Part shown: piece by piece, positions 47,937-58,183 of the stretch
Layout of the letters: every line of letters begins with the position of its first letter
How positions within the stretch are numbered: position 1 is the stretch's first letter
Source: an uncultured virus (IMG/VR IMGVR_UViG_3300017991_000074)
Lineage: Duplodnaviria > Heunggongvirae > Uroviricota > Caudoviricetes
Direction: 5' to 3' (one strand)
Length of the DNA stretch: 64,000 nucleotides
Virus record (IMG/VR): IMGVR_UViG_3300017991_000074
Translations under genes and position numbers: made by a program
The notes under the pieces: generated by a model
The model's database searches: none
What the model saw: the letters and a program-made list of their open reading frames with translations, nothing else
Told to the model about the DNA's origin: nothing

Positions 47937-50057
47937 GTGGCGACCCAATCGATTCAGATTGTCATCGACATAACTGGGGAGGCCGCGGGCGCCCCAGGCG
48001 TCGCCAGGACTTTTCCGTACGTCAAGCTCTCCACGAGCCCCACGGTCACGCTCAAGCTCGAGGACACCACAGGGGTCAACGAGTTTCTTTGGGAGTTCGT
48101 GAGCACGCCTGAGGGCTCTTCAACCGCGCTGTCTGATGCCTCTGCGGCCGAGCCTACTTTCGATCCTGATGTGGATGGGACCTATTTGGTTCAATGCACG
48201 GTCAACGGTGGGGAGACCTACGATCGAAACGGCTTGGCCTTCACCTCGCTTCAACGCCAGATGCGGAAACCGGGCGCTGGAGAGACGTGGGAGTTCGATG
48301 GAACTGAGGGGTGGAAAGCGGCGGGCTCGAGGCTCTTCGATGTAGCCGACGGTCTTACGTGGGAGACTATCGGAGCGTTGAACGAAGAGTTCACGACGAC
48401 GGATATCGAGGTGGCCCTTGGAGCGTTCACCTTCGATAGCCGAGTTCCGCCAGAGGATATGCGAGCGACGCTCCGCTGGATCGGCGAAGCAACGGACCCC
48501 GCCACGACCTCGATTGCAACGGTTCGGCTTTACGATATTGGGACGCCCTCGACGCCAGCGACTCCGAGACTGGTGGGCCATTCGGACATCGACACAGCTT
48601 CGGACAATGGCGTAACCAAGGTCGTCGACCTCCCCCTAGTTGGAGTTGCCGATCCGGGCGTGGATGTTCGAGAGCTTGAGCTCGAGGAGAGGGTCTACAC
48701 GCTGACGGGCTGGCTGGACTCAAGCGCCGGTGGAGAGTCGCTTGGGGTCTACAAGATCTCAGTCATTGTTGAAGAGGACCCGGGCGGAGTCATTTATCCG
48801 CGTCACGTTCCAGTTCCGGATTTGTTCCTGTGGAACCCCACCGACTTCAGTGTGGTGGAGAACCAGGATGGAACGTTCAGCTCCACCTATGATTGGCGAG
48901 AGCCAGCACTCCAGAATCCACGATACGTCTCTTTGACAGGGAGCGATGGCGGTACCGGTGTGGATTGGGCTAATGCTTGGGCTGGCATTGATTATGCCAT
49001 TGACCAGCACATAGCCGATCCCACTATCGACGGGATCTACGTCGAGGGTGGAGAGTATCGGCTTCCGAATCGGTGGGACAACGCTCTCATCACAGAGAAC
49101 CTGGCCATCATTGGCGTTGGCGGGATGGTGGTCACCTCGAGTAGGCCATCCACCGACCTGACCTTTGCTCCAAATGGGACCTATCCTGATGTGCACGAAG
49201 CCACGTCGGGAACCACGGTGGCGCAGGTCACGGATAACGGCGTTGTCACCCTCCAGGGATTTGGGACGAGGCTTGTTGAGCGGGCTTCTTTGGCAGAGGT
49301 CAATGCAAATCCCGGGAGTTGGTACTACACGGGAACCACACTCTATGTGCGGACGAGCGATTCTCGAGCTCCAGACTCCGATGTAGTAACGAGTCTGTCG
49401 GTATCCAATGCTCGCATCAACGCTCCGGGGAAGCGTGTCTACATCAAGAACGTTCACTTCCTTGGAAGCGGATCTTCGTCATCGAACCTCAACGTAGAAG
49501 CAGTCGGCGAGCTGGTCATGGTCAATGTCTGGTTGACGCATTCTCGGGCTGGCAACAGCTTGGATTGCGATAATGCGGACCATACAAGGTTCTACAACTG
49601 CATTACGGCTGAAGGTTGGTCGGACGGGTTCAACTACCACAATATTCCGGGAACGACTTACTCGCTCGAGGAGTTGTGCAAGTCCTATAACTGCGGGAAA
49701 GACGCGGGCGTCTACACCAACAATGGCTCTACAACGCATGATGGGAACTACATTATCCGAGTTCAAGGGACCTACCTTGGAAGCCACGGACCGGTAGTCA
49801 TTGACGTGAATGTCGGCACTCAGTCTTGGTGTCTTGGATGCCAGGCTTTGGATAGTGTGGGGGTTCTTGCGAATCGAGATGTAGGGTTCTACACCGAGAC
49901 GATTATGTTCTTGCATAGGTGCACGGCTTCGGGGAATACAGCTGACCTCTATGCCGACACTGGGGCGAAGATCTATCGGACGTCGGATTGTTCGTACAAC
50001 ACAACGGGCGGATCGGGCGACATAGAGGAATACGACCCGTACCCGATGGCGGCGTAA
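47937..50057 (+). CDS. tail fibre/spike with PKD-like N-terminus and beta-helix-like C-terminus
   Basis: FLWEFVSTPEGS...PTFDPDVDGTY; GSDGGTGVDWANAW; DGFNYH. Confidence 0.7.
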   Translation: MATQSIQIVIDITGEAAGAPGVARTFPYVKLSTSPTVTLKLEDTTGVNEFLWEFVSTPEGSSTALSDASAAEPTFDPDVDGTYLVQCTVNGGETYDRNGLAFTSLQRQMRKPGAGETWEFDGTEGWKAAGSRLFDVADGLTWETIGALNEEFTTTDIEVALGAFTFDSRVPPEDMRATLRWIGEATDPATTSIATVRLYDIGTPSTPATPRLVGHSDIDTASDNGVTKVVDLPLVGVADPGVDVRELELEERVYTLTGWLDSSAGGESLGVYKISVIVEEDPGGVIYPRHVPVPDLFLWNPTDFSVVENQDGTFSSTYDWREPALQNPRYVSLTGSDGGTGVDWANAWAGIDYAIDQHIADPTIDGIYVEGGEYRLPNRWDNALITENLAIIGVGGMVVTSSRPSTDLTFAPNGTYPDVHEATSGTTVAQVTDNGVVTLQGFGTRLVERASLAEVNANPGSWYYTGTTLYVRTSDSRAPDSDVVTSLSVSNARINAPGKRVYIKNVHFLGSGSSSSNLNVEAVGELVMVNVWLTHSRAGNSLDCDNADHTRFYNCITAEGWSDGFNYHNIPGTTYSLEELCKSYNCGKDAGVYTNNGSTTHDGNYIIRVQGTYLGSHGPVVIDVNVGTQSWCLGCQALDSVGVLANRDVGFYTETIMFLHRCTASGNTADLYADTGAKIYRTSDCSYNTTGGSGDIEEYDPYPMAA

Positions 50058-50058
50058 C

Positions 50059-51372
50059 ATGGCAATTTCGATTCAAATCGTCATCGAGGTTACCGGCGAG
50101 ACGCCTGGGGGTCCTGCCGTTGCTCTGGAGTTTTCGTACGCGAAGCTCCAGACCTCTCCGACCGTGACGCTGTCTTTGGCCGATACAACGGCCATCACCA
50201 GCTACCAGTGGGACTTGATTGACGTGCCCACGGGCAGCTCTGCGGTGCTTTCCGATTCGACTGTGGCTGAGCCTACCTTCGATCCGGACGTGCCCGGGAC
50301 CTACCTGATTCAGTGCACGGTCAATGCTGGCGGAGCCTATGCTCGAAACGCCGTGGCGTTCACGACCGAGAACAGAGCTCTTCGGAAGCCGGCTGCTGGG
50401 GAGTCCATCGAGTTTCATGCCGTCACTGGATGGAAGGCTGGCACGGACGAATTGTTCGATGCCGTGGATGCCGGCGATCCGGACGCGGTTCATGTCGACG
50501 TGAATTCCGAGATTGTTGGGGTGGATCAGAAGGCAGCTGTTGTCGCAGCCGATGTTCTGTTGATCGAGGATTCCGAAGACAGCTTCTCCAAGAAGCGGGT
50601 GGTTGTTGGGGCGGTTGGCGGCAGTGGTGGGTCGGAGGCCAACTTGTGGGCCCCGCCCGGTGTGGCGCATGCCGAGGATGATGAGTTCGATTCGGTCTCC
50701 CTAGACGCGGCATGGGGAGTCCAGAACATTACGGCGCCTGCTGCGGGAAGTTTTTCGGAAGGAGTGATCGACTCCTACGATACAGCTTTCAATTCGGGTA
50801 ACGTGCTGCGAACGGAGCACAATATCGATTCCAAGCGTTCCTGGTTGCTGATGCAGCCGCCAGGTTCGGGAGACAGCTTTATGGTGTTCAAGCCATATAC
50901 TCTCCCGACCAATGTGCTCATGTACGCGAGGATGACGTACGGCCGAAAGATTTCTGGGGCAGCTGTTGGGGACAGCGAGGTTGCCTTGGCTTTCATGACG
51001 GCGACTGGTGGAGTGCCGACCACCGCCTCACGAGTTCAGATGACGCTGAACCATCTCACCTCGGGGATAACTCGTGCTCGAGCGCATTACTACAACGTCA
51101 GCATGGGGGAGATTGGGGAGGTAGATACCTCCGATGTGGACCAGCAGGGGCAAGCGCTGGAGTATGTGGCGATTCACAAGGTTGGGACTGACTATCACTG
51201 TTGGGTTGGGACGGAGAGTAACTGGTTCTGGATGGCGACCTACAGTTCGATTGGCTTTGTTCCCGACCTAGTTGGTTTCCTTGTCCGCAACGTGACAGTG
51301 ACCGCGCCAGGCGCCTGCATCCACGGAATAGACTTCATTCGATTCTTGGAGACCGACACCTTCTTGATTTGA
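50059..51372 (+). CDS. tail fibre with the same PKD-like N-terminus and a lectin-like C-terminus
   Basis: first ~140 aa paralogous to ORF 47937; DDEFD...W start of a beta-sandwich-like domain. Confidence 0.7.
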   Translation: MAISIQIVIEVTGETPGGPAVALEFSYAKLQTSPTVTLSLADTTAITSYQWDLIDVPTGSSAVLSDSTVAEPTFDPDVPGTYLIQCTVNAGGAYARNAVAFTTENRALRKPAAGESIEFHAVTGWKAGTDELFDAVDAGDPDAVHVDVNSEIVGVDQKAAVVAADVLLIEDSEDSFSKKRVVVGAVGGSGGSEANLWAPPGVAHAEDDEFDSVSLDAAWGVQNITAPAAGSFSEGVIDSYDTAFNSGNVLRTEHNIDSKRSWLLMQPPGSGDSFMVFKPYTLPTNVLMYARMTYGRKISGAAVGDSEVALAFMTATGGVPTTASRVQMTLNHLTSGITRARAHYYNVSMGEIGEVDTSDVDQQGQALEYVAIHKVGTDYHCWVGTESNWFWMATYSSIGFVPDLVGFLVRNVTVTAPGACIHGIDFIRFLETDTFLI

Positions 51373-51379
51373 GCTTGAT

Positions 51380-52612
51380 GTGAGTTACGGAACAGGTCCA
51401 TATGGAATCACCTTCTGGGGAGGGACGCCTCTCCTAGCCCCGCCAGTGATCCGCGAGATCGGTGAGTTCGAGTTTACGGTCAAGGCGAAGATCGAAGGGT
51501 TCGCGATTCGGATTGAGTACTCGGTTCCGACTCCAGCGGAGGCTCCGGATTGGGGTCGACGACTTCGGATTCTGCGGAAACAGGGCGAGTGGCCGCAGAG
51601 CTGGGACGATGCTGGAGCCCAGGTGTTGGTCGATGACGTGTATCCGGCTCTGTCCGGGGATTACTGGATCGAGCAGACGGGCTTGGAGGCCGGGACCATT
51701 TATTACTACGCGCTGTTTGCTCAGCGAATAGACGGCGCGTGGATCAACGATGTCAAGCTGAACCGTGGTTCCGCGTATCCCTATGATCGATGGGGCGCGG
51801 TCGACTACATGTTCGGTACGCTCCCCAGGGGATTTCGGTCTGAGGATGCCGCGGTAGGCCATCTCTACCAGTTTTTGTCGATCCTTGGTGCCTTGGTGGA
51901 CAACATCAAGACTGACGCGGAGCATTTGCTCACGCTGATGGAGATTGATGCCATCCACGATGATCTGATTCAGCTGCTCGACAAGAAGCTAGGCTGGCCG
52001 ACGTGGCATGCGGCAGGAGGTCTTCAGCGTAGAGTGGAGACTTCTCAAGCTGTGGATCTATACAAGCTTCTGGGTCGGGAAGTCTCCTATGAGCAAATGC
52101 TGGAGGGCATCAGTGACTGGGAGGCGACGATCGTAGAGGGTTGGCGGTACGTGTTCTTCTCCAATGACCGGTTTGGTTCCAAGACTCCGGACATGACTGA
52201 CCCGGACAACATTCGGCTTCGAGGCCGGATCGATGACGTGCTGAAGTACACCAACGACGGGAACGGTTGGCACGCGGTCACGGGACTTGGATTTTTCTTG
52301 GAGGAGATTCTCGGCATTTCCGGTCCGTTTACGAGTGAAACGGTGGATCGGGTTCGCGAGCTGATCGAGTGGGGGAAGGCGAGCTATGTCACCTACGGCA
52401 TGATCATGACTCCGATGACGGAGGAGTCGGTTTCCTTGGCCAGCGATGTGATCGAGGAATGGGAGGAGTTGCTCACCTATTTGATCGACCAGCTCATCGA
52501 AGAGTTTGGGTGGACAACGACTGACTGGACTCTCTTCGAGTCGAACGATGCCGCGTGTACGACGACCACTTTGACAGATCGAGTCTTTCACGAAGACCTC
52601 GAATACCTGTAG
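51380..52612 (+). CDS. baseplate wedge / tail protein I-like
   Basis: LPRGFRSED, LYQFLSILG, LIQLLDKKLGW, AVDLYKLLG. Confidence 0.7.
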   Translation: MSYGTGPYGITFWGGTPLLAPPVIREIGEFEFTVKAKIEGFAIRIEYSVPTPAEAPDWGRRLRILRKQGEWPQSWDDAGAQVLVDDVYPALSGDYWIEQTGLEAGTIYYYALFAQRIDGAWINDVKLNRGSAYPYDRWGAVDYMFGTLPRGFRSEDAAVGHLYQFLSILGALVDNIKTDAEHLLTLMEIDAIHDDLIQLLDKKLGWPTWHAAGGLQRRVETSQAVDLYKLLGREVSYEQMLEGISDWEATIVEGWRYVFFSNDRFGSKTPDMTDPDNIRLRGRIDDVLKYTNDGNGWHAVTGLGFFLEEILGISGPFTSETVDRVRELIEWGKASYVTYGMIMTPMTEESVSLASDVIEEWEELLTYLIDQLIEEFGWTTTDWTLFESNDAACTTTTLTDRVFHEDLEYL

Positions 52613-52621
52613 GATGGAGCC

Positions 52622-53233
52622 ATGGCACGGCATTCAGAGATGACAAAGCTACCGGTGGAGACTCACGAGGATCGTTTGGTCATGCTCGCTCGAGAGATGG
52701 CTTTCGGAATTCGGGGGCGGTGGCAGGACACCTTTCGGCGGATCGATGGCACGGTAGAGCCGGGCCCCGGAGGGGAGTTCGAGTGGCGTCCGAACCAGAT
52801 CCAGAACAGCTTCGCGACGCTCCTGGCGACATGGCTTCGGGGCGAGTCGGGCTATGCGCGGCTGAGTTATCTGGCCGTCGGAACGGGGTTGGTGGGCTGG
52901 GACGCGGCTACGCCTGCACAGCCCTACTCACAGACCACGCTGGAGACCGAGGTGTTCAGGAAGGCGATCCCTCAGGGGGACATCGTCTACCTGGACCCTG
53001 CGACGGATCTTCCGACGGGCGGGACGCCGAGCTCGAAGGTGGAGATCACTTCGACCATTGCCTACGGCGAGACCAACGGGAATTCTCTCCGAGAGTTTGG
53101 GCTCTTTGGGGGGACCGCGACGATAACGACCGACTCCGGTGAAATGGTCAATTGGATCATCCATCACCGCATCGACAAGGATTCGAGCCTCGAGATTCAG
53201 CGGAAAGTCCGCATTGAATTCGTGACCCGCTAG
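52622..53233 (+). CDS. tail-collar / fibre attachment protein
   Basis: YLAVGTG...QTTLETEVFRK...LREFGLF...IDKD. Confidence 0.75.
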   Translation: MARHSEMTKLPVETHEDRLVMLAREMAFGIRGRWQDTFRRIDGTVEPGPGGEFEWRPNQIQNSFATLLATWLRGESGYARLSYLAVGTGLVGWDAATPAQPYSQTTLETEVFRKAIPQGDIVYLDPATDLPTGGTPSSKVEITSTIAYGETNGNSLREFGLFGGTATITTDSGEMVNWIIHHRIDKDSSLEIQRKVRIEFVTR

Positions 53234-53241
53234 GAGGAGAC

Positions 53242-56196
53242 ATGCCAGGCAACGTTCCCAACGTGAGCAGGGACAGCTTTCAGTTCGCGAAGATGTATGA
53301 CGGCGTGGTCCTTCAGCAGGGAGTTCCAATTCCGGACTCGGACTGGAATGAGCTCGACGACATCCGTCGAATCATGTCCATTCTGGAGGGCATCTACTTC
53401 TGGGGTGAGAATCTGCTCTTCGCTCCGGTTGGAGCTGGAAGTCTTCCCGGGTTCTATCCGTTGGGAACCGGCGCGACCAACGACTTCACTCTGAGCGCGG
53501 GCGTCGCCTTGGTCGGAGGTGTTCTGGTACCGACCACCTTGGATGAACCGCCGGCGTTGATCACCTACGACGATGCGTCTCAGCGCAACTTCATCGTGAA
53601 TAACGGTGTGGTGGAGTCTTTCGGCGCCGGAGTTCTGACGGAGTCAACGAAGAACTGGCAGGCCTTCCATGATCTGCTGGCGACGGCGAACCATGGGGCG
53701 TGCCGGGTGAGGTTCACCTCGGGCACGGAGAGCGGGAACGAGTACACGATCACCGCGTACACCGCCACGACGCTGACCCTGAGCGGCGGGTCTCCCAGTA
53801 CGGGAGACACGTACATGGTGTTGCCGCCTGAGCTTACGACTCCGGGTGGAGCCCGCACCGATGAGGTTTACCTCATGGTGTGGTGGGAGGACACGGCGGC
53901 TGAAGAGGATACGAGCATCGAGCATCCAGGTCTCGGTGTGGAGACCGCGCATCGGTTGCAGCGTCGATGGTGTGTCAGGGTCACGGAAAACGGGAGTACG
54001 CCCTCGACTCCGTCCAACCACGGTTTCGGAGTACGGTATCTCCAGATCGGAACGCTCAATCGGACAGCGTCTGCGACCATCAGTGTTGGCGAGGTGGTGG
54101 GGGAGCTAGCGCTGATTGGGAGGACCTATGCTGATCACCTGGCTCAGGGTGGAGCGCACGGGTTCACGGGCAACTACACCGCTGCAGCTGTGGCCGCGGG
54201 GAACAACGGGGGACTGGGGACAGGGATCGCGGACATCGATGCCGCGTTTCAAGCCACGGATGACGCTGTCATCCGACGCCGGGCCTTCACGGCAACGATC
54301 ACGGGAGGAGCCTACTCGAGCGGTGGGGACTATGAGGGAGCGTCAGCGATCGACAACCTTGAGTCCTTCGCTGATGACGGCACCTTCTTCCTTCGTCGAG
54401 GACTCTACACCTGGAGCACGGCTACGAGTCTGACCAAGGACGTCAGTGTGGTCGGAGAGCTTCTGGGTGAAGCGAGCGATCCCTGCAAGATGAACGTGCC
54501 TGTGGGAGCGTCAGCGGATTTCTCGCTCAAGGGGAAGTTTTCTCAGCTTCAGCTCGGGACGAACCACGCCAGCTATCTGTACGACGTCGCTGTCGGCGAC
54601 CATCTGCGTCTCGAGGATGTCGAGGTGGACGGGGGTGCGCTCAAGGTCACCGGAGGTCACATCGACTGGCTTCGCGGGAAGTTGATCTCGGCTTCTGGAC
54701 CCACGGCCAATTCGGGCCTGTATATGACCGATACAGGCACTACCGATCCGCCGCACGGTGTTTTCGAGGATGTGCATTTCAACGGACCGGGACCAAGCGC
54801 GAGCTCTCCGACAGCAGCGGTCCACATCGATTCGGTCAAGGCCAATCCAGCCACAGATCAGGAAGGACTGACGTTCAAGAACTGCTTGTTCGAGGCGACC
54901 TCCGGGGCCCAAGCGGTTCGACTCTCGGATGTAGAGACGCCGGTTCTTTTTGAGAACTGTGTGTTCATCGGTGGCGGTGCTGGTGCAGAGGCTTTCTGGG
55001 GCGGCGGCAGTGATCGGGTGACGTGCATCAACTGCCAGTTCTACAACAGCGGGGGTCGGACTTTCCGCTTCGGTGGTGCTGGAACGTTCATCAATTGCCA
55101 CATCTACGACGGCGGGCCTGCGCACAACGAGCCGGTGTTCTCCTGTCGTTCAGAGGATTCGGAGAAAGGACTCTACTTCTTCAGCTCTTCGGTCCGTTTG
55201 GACGGTGGGTGTCACGGCGCCACGATTCTTCCCTGCGTCGAGTTTGGAGCGGTGGACAACTCCATCACCTGCCTGAATCTGGTGGTGGACGGCTTCATGG
55301 TCATGAACAAGGCCACCTATGCTTCGCGCTACAGCATGGTTGCGATGCATGGTTCCTCGAGCCTCTACGGGAAGGCGTCCTACAGCAACATCCTGGTCAA
55401 CCAGAATGCGAAGCAGGCACAGGCTGACCGTTCCACCTACGGTGTGATGGGACGCTCGGCCATCGTCGAGGTTGCCGGCGTTGTGTCGTCCAACCGTCCT
55501 CCAGTGATGGTGGAGAACCTGTCGATTCTCAATCTCGAGGACCCGAACGCGGCTGCCGTCGACGATGGCTCGATGTTCGTTGCGAGGAACGCTATCATTC
55601 GGGGGCTGATCCTCGACGCGACGAGTTCTCCCTCTGGAACCGGGACCACTGGGGCGGTGGACGGCTTGATCAAGCTCATTCAGGACGTAACGCTCTACGA
55701 TCTTCAGCTGTTCCAGACGCAGTATAACGAGATGGCGGCCGGAGGCTCGGTGCGCGCTATCCAACTGGGACAAGACTGCCATCTGAGGGGCGGTACCTTG
55801 TGGCAGTGGCCCTCTCCTGCAATCGACTCGCTCATCGCCCTTCTTGGGGATCGGGCTGGGGTGCATGGTGTCAAGCTCTTCGACACCAATGCGCATTCGA
55901 CGACTCCGATTCACAACAACCCGAGCGGTATTGACACGGTCTTCGAGAATAATCAGCTGGAGCTTGGAGCTCGAGGAGCCACTCTTCTTCAGCCGGGAGT
56001 TCAGTCGAGGACCAACGGCAATACGATCAAGGCTACCAGCATCACGAATCCGGTGATCAATGCCGGAGCGAATGCCCGAGTCTTGATGACCGGAAATGTT
56101 CTTCTCAATGCTGCTGCCACGGTTCCGACTATCACCGCTACCGGTACTGGAGCGGTAGTCGGTGCCGACAACGTTCTCGCCGCGAACGCCACCTAA
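53242..56196 (+). CDS. tail spike/fibre with DUF6519-like N-terminus and beta-helix body
   Basis: SRDSF...YDGVVLQQGVPIPDSDWNE; VYLMVW; ETAHRLQ; repeated FxNC motifs. Confidence 0.75.
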   Translation: MPGNVPNVSRDSFQFAKMYDGVVLQQGVPIPDSDWNELDDIRRIMSILEGIYFWGENLLFAPVGAGSLPGFYPLGTGATNDFTLSAGVALVGGVLVPTTLDEPPALITYDDASQRNFIVNNGVVESFGAGVLTESTKNWQAFHDLLATANHGACRVRFTSGTESGNEYTITAYTATTLTLSGGSPSTGDTYMVLPPELTTPGGARTDEVYLMVWWEDTAAEEDTSIEHPGLGVETAHRLQRRWCVRVTENGSTPSTPSNHGFGVRYLQIGTLNRTASATISVGEVVGELALIGRTYADHLAQGGAHGFTGNYTAAAVAAGNNGGLGTGIADIDAAFQATDDAVIRRRAFTATITGGAYSSGGDYEGASAIDNLESFADDGTFFLRRGLYTWSTATSLTKDVSVVGELLGEASDPCKMNVPVGASADFSLKGKFSQLQLGTNHASYLYDVAVGDHLRLEDVEVDGGALKVTGGHIDWLRGKLISASGPTANSGLYMTDTGTTDPPHGVFEDVHFNGPGPSASSPTAAVHIDSVKANPATDQEGLTFKNCLFEATSGAQAVRLSDVETPVLFENCVFIGGGAGAEAFWGGGSDRVTCINCQFYNSGGRTFRFGGAGTFINCHIYDGGPAHNEPVFSCRSEDSEKGLYFFSSSVRLDGGCHGATILPCVEFGAVDNSITCLNLVVDGFMVMNKATYASRYSMVAMHGSSSLYGKASYSNILVNQNAKQAQADRSTYGVMGRSAIVEVAGVVSSNRPPVMVENLSILNLEDPNAAAVDDGSMFVARNAIIRGLILDATSSPSGTGTTGAVDGLIKLIQDVTLYDLQLFQTQYNEMAAGGSVRAIQLGQDCHLRGGTLWQWPSPAIDSLIALLGDRAGVHGVKLFDTNAHSTTPIHNNPSGIDTVFENNQLELGARGATLLQPGVQSRTNGNTIKATSITNPVINAGANARVLMTGNVLLNAAATVPTITATGTGAVVGADNVLAANAT

Positions 56197-56200
56197 AGAC

Positions 56201-56229
56201 TTGCAGGATTTCGTTCTCCCGGTTACCCT
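56201..56229 (+). promoter_or_regulatory. putative promoter
   Basis: TTGCAG-N17-TACCCT. Confidence 0.45.
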
Positions 56230-56332
56230 TCCGATGTGGGTTGGGGTTGATGTAACTGGTTGATCCCCTCTTATATTGGCCCAGCCCACCACAGTTGTCC
56301 TCAGGACTTGACTGAGGGGAAGGAGGAAGACG

Positions 56333-56866
56333 GTGGGAGCAATGCTCACGAAGCTGAACCTGATTGCGCTCTCTGCCAGCGGTGACGCTGCAGAGAAGCT
56401 TCGGCTTCAGTTTCAGAACATGAGGGAGGACATCGCGGCCGGGTTGGGGGGTGGTGACGCCACCATCTTCCACAAGACGCAGCTGGTCGATTCCCTCGAG
56501 ACGACGGCGGATGCGACGGACCTCGCCACGGTTCTGGTGCTGGCGAACTCGCTCAAGGCGTTGATGAACACCCACCTGGCTTCGACCGGGTTTCACGGTG
56601 TCCATCTGGCCGCCTCGGCCGAGACGATCGCGGCAGCAGATGCGACGAACGCGGCGACGTCCTACACCTTGCTCAACGAGCTCAAGGCGGACTACAACAC
56701 GCACAACAGTGAGGCAGGCGTCCACATCAACAACGACACCACCAACGCCGTGTCCTCAGCGGACGCCACCGACCTTGCGACCAGCCTCACGCTGGCCAAC
56801 GAGATCAAGGCGGACTTCAACGCCCACATCGTGGCTGTCATGTCGACGCCGCTGGTGGAGCTGTAG
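56333..56866 (+). CDS. abundant virion / decoration-like protein with three internal repeats
   Basis: ADATDLAT..LAN.LKA..N.H three times; AAGGAGG Shine-Dalgarno; capsid-like codon bias. Confidence 0.7.
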   Translation: MGAMLTKLNLIALSASGDAAEKLRLQFQNMREDIAAGLGGGDATIFHKTQLVDSLETTADATDLATVLVLANSLKALMNTHLASTGFHGVHLAASAETIAAADATNAATSYTLLNELKADYNTHNSEAGVHINNDTTNAVSSADATDLATSLTLANEIKADFNAHIVAVMSTPLVEL

Positions 56867-56898
56867 TAGCGGCCTGAGAGCCGAGAAAGGAATCGAAG

Positions 56899-57285
56899 AT
56901 GGCACTGAAAGTTGGATTCGACATCTTCGCCGGCACCTCGCAGGCCGGCACGGATGCAGGCATCCCGGGCAATCTGCAGGCCGAGACGGTCGTAGCAGGC
57001 AAGCACGGCATTCGGGTGCAGCGCAACAGCGACAACCAGTACTGGAACAACAGCTCCGGCGCGTTCCAGGCAGGCGCGACCGCCGAGGCGCTCGAGCTCT
57101 ACTTCCGAGGCAGCGTCTCCGCTCGAGGCATCCAGCCCGCGAAGATGCGTCTCGTGGAGAAGCTCCCCAAGGAGCTGCTGGCAGCGGCCACCGCCGCGGG
57201 TCTGACGATCCTCGTCTACCCGGAGGGTGAACAGGCCACCGGTGCTCCCACCACCGCCTCGATCGTCACCGACCATCTCCCCTAG
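56899..57285 (+). CDS. hypothetical protein (probable virion protein)
   Basis: AAAGGA Shine-Dalgarno; strong codon bias. Confidence 0.65.
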   Translation: MALKVGFDIFAGTSQAGTDAGIPGNLQAETVVAGKHGIRVQRNSDNQYWNNSSGAFQAGATAEALELYFRGSVSARGIQPAKMRLVEKLPKELLAAATAAGLTILVYPEGEQATGAPTTASIVTDHLP

Positions 57286-57303
57286 GCCCAGGTCCCCGAG
57301 ATC

Positions 57304-57352
57304 GGCTTCGCCCAGGCACGGGGCTTCCACCAGTTCCGTGTCTGGGGGAGCC
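57304..57352 (+). other. intergenic 21 bp hairpin (processing site or terminator-like)
   Basis: ggcttc(g)cccaggcacggggct / agttccgtgtctgggggagcc with 4 G.U pairs and a 6 nt loop; no U-tract. Confidence 0.75.
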
Positions 57353-57385
57353 CCCCTGTGGTAGACTCCATTCGGGAGGATTCCA

Positions 57386-57781
57386 ATGGAGCAGATCACG
57401 GGTCTCATCTTTTCATGGCAATTTCTGATGTTCGGTGTGGTTACTGCGCTGATCATCGTGATGTTCATGAAGCTCGGTGGTTTGATGTGGCGGGCGAAGA
57501 AGCTGCGGGGAGTGGTTCGCTTCTTCGATGCGCTCAAGCCGTGGGTGCCCTGGGCACTCGGTGGTGGGCTTGGAGCGATCCCTCTGTGGCCTCGGCCTGA
57601 GGCTGTCCTCGAGCTTCCCGAGCAGTACCAGTACTTCACAATGATCATTCTCGGGATTGTCGCGGGGGCGTTCTACGAGAGGATCTGGAAGGGCGTCCGC
57701 CAGGTCATCGAGGCTCGAGGGATCGACTTGGACCTCGACCTCACTCCGAAGGAGCAGAAGAAAAAGAAGAACGGGGGGTAA
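57386..57781 (+). CDS. putative holin
   Basis: 131 aa, about three hydrophobic segments, basic C-terminus. Confidence 0.6.
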   Translation: MEQITGLIFSWQFLMFGVVTALIIVMFMKLGGLMWRAKKLRGVVRFFDALKPWVPWALGGGLGAIPLWPRPEAVLELPEQYQYFTMIILGIVAGAFYERIWKGVRQVIEARGIDLDLDLTPKEQKKKKNGG

Positions 57782-57835
57782 GGATGTCATGGGAACCGTG
57801 GAAGAAGGGGTCTCCGGTTCCGCCAAGGAGGGGCC

Positions 57836-58183
57836 ATGAGAGTGTTGAAGGCGATCGGCCGCTGGATGAAGAGCCATGTCTGGGAGACGATCGCGGCCTT
57901 CGGTGCGGGACTGGCGGTGATACTAGGAGCGGCGTTTCTTCTCCAGCGCAGAGCGACACAGAGAGCACGCGACGAAGGGCGTATCTCCATGGTCAAAGGC
58001 ATGGTGAAAGAGCTCCAGTCGAGGAGCCGGGCTCTTGAGGAGTTGGATGAGCAGGATGAAGAAGTTGTCGAGGAGATTGAGCATGAACGTGAAGTGCTCA
58101 AGGACGAGATCGAATCTGCCAGAGATACTGCTGGGCTCACGGACGAAGAAGCCCTCGAAGCGTTCTCACGCCTTGGGTTTTGA
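57836..58183 (+). CDS. membrane-anchored coiled-coil protein (spanin-like)
   Basis: N-terminal TM segment then coiled coil, after the holin. Confidence 0.5.
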   Translation: MRVLKAIGRWMKSHVWETIAAFGAGLAVILGAAFLLQRRATQRARDEGRISMVKGMVKELQSRSRALEELDEQDEEVVEEIEHEREVLKDEIESARDTAGLTDEEALEAFSRLGF

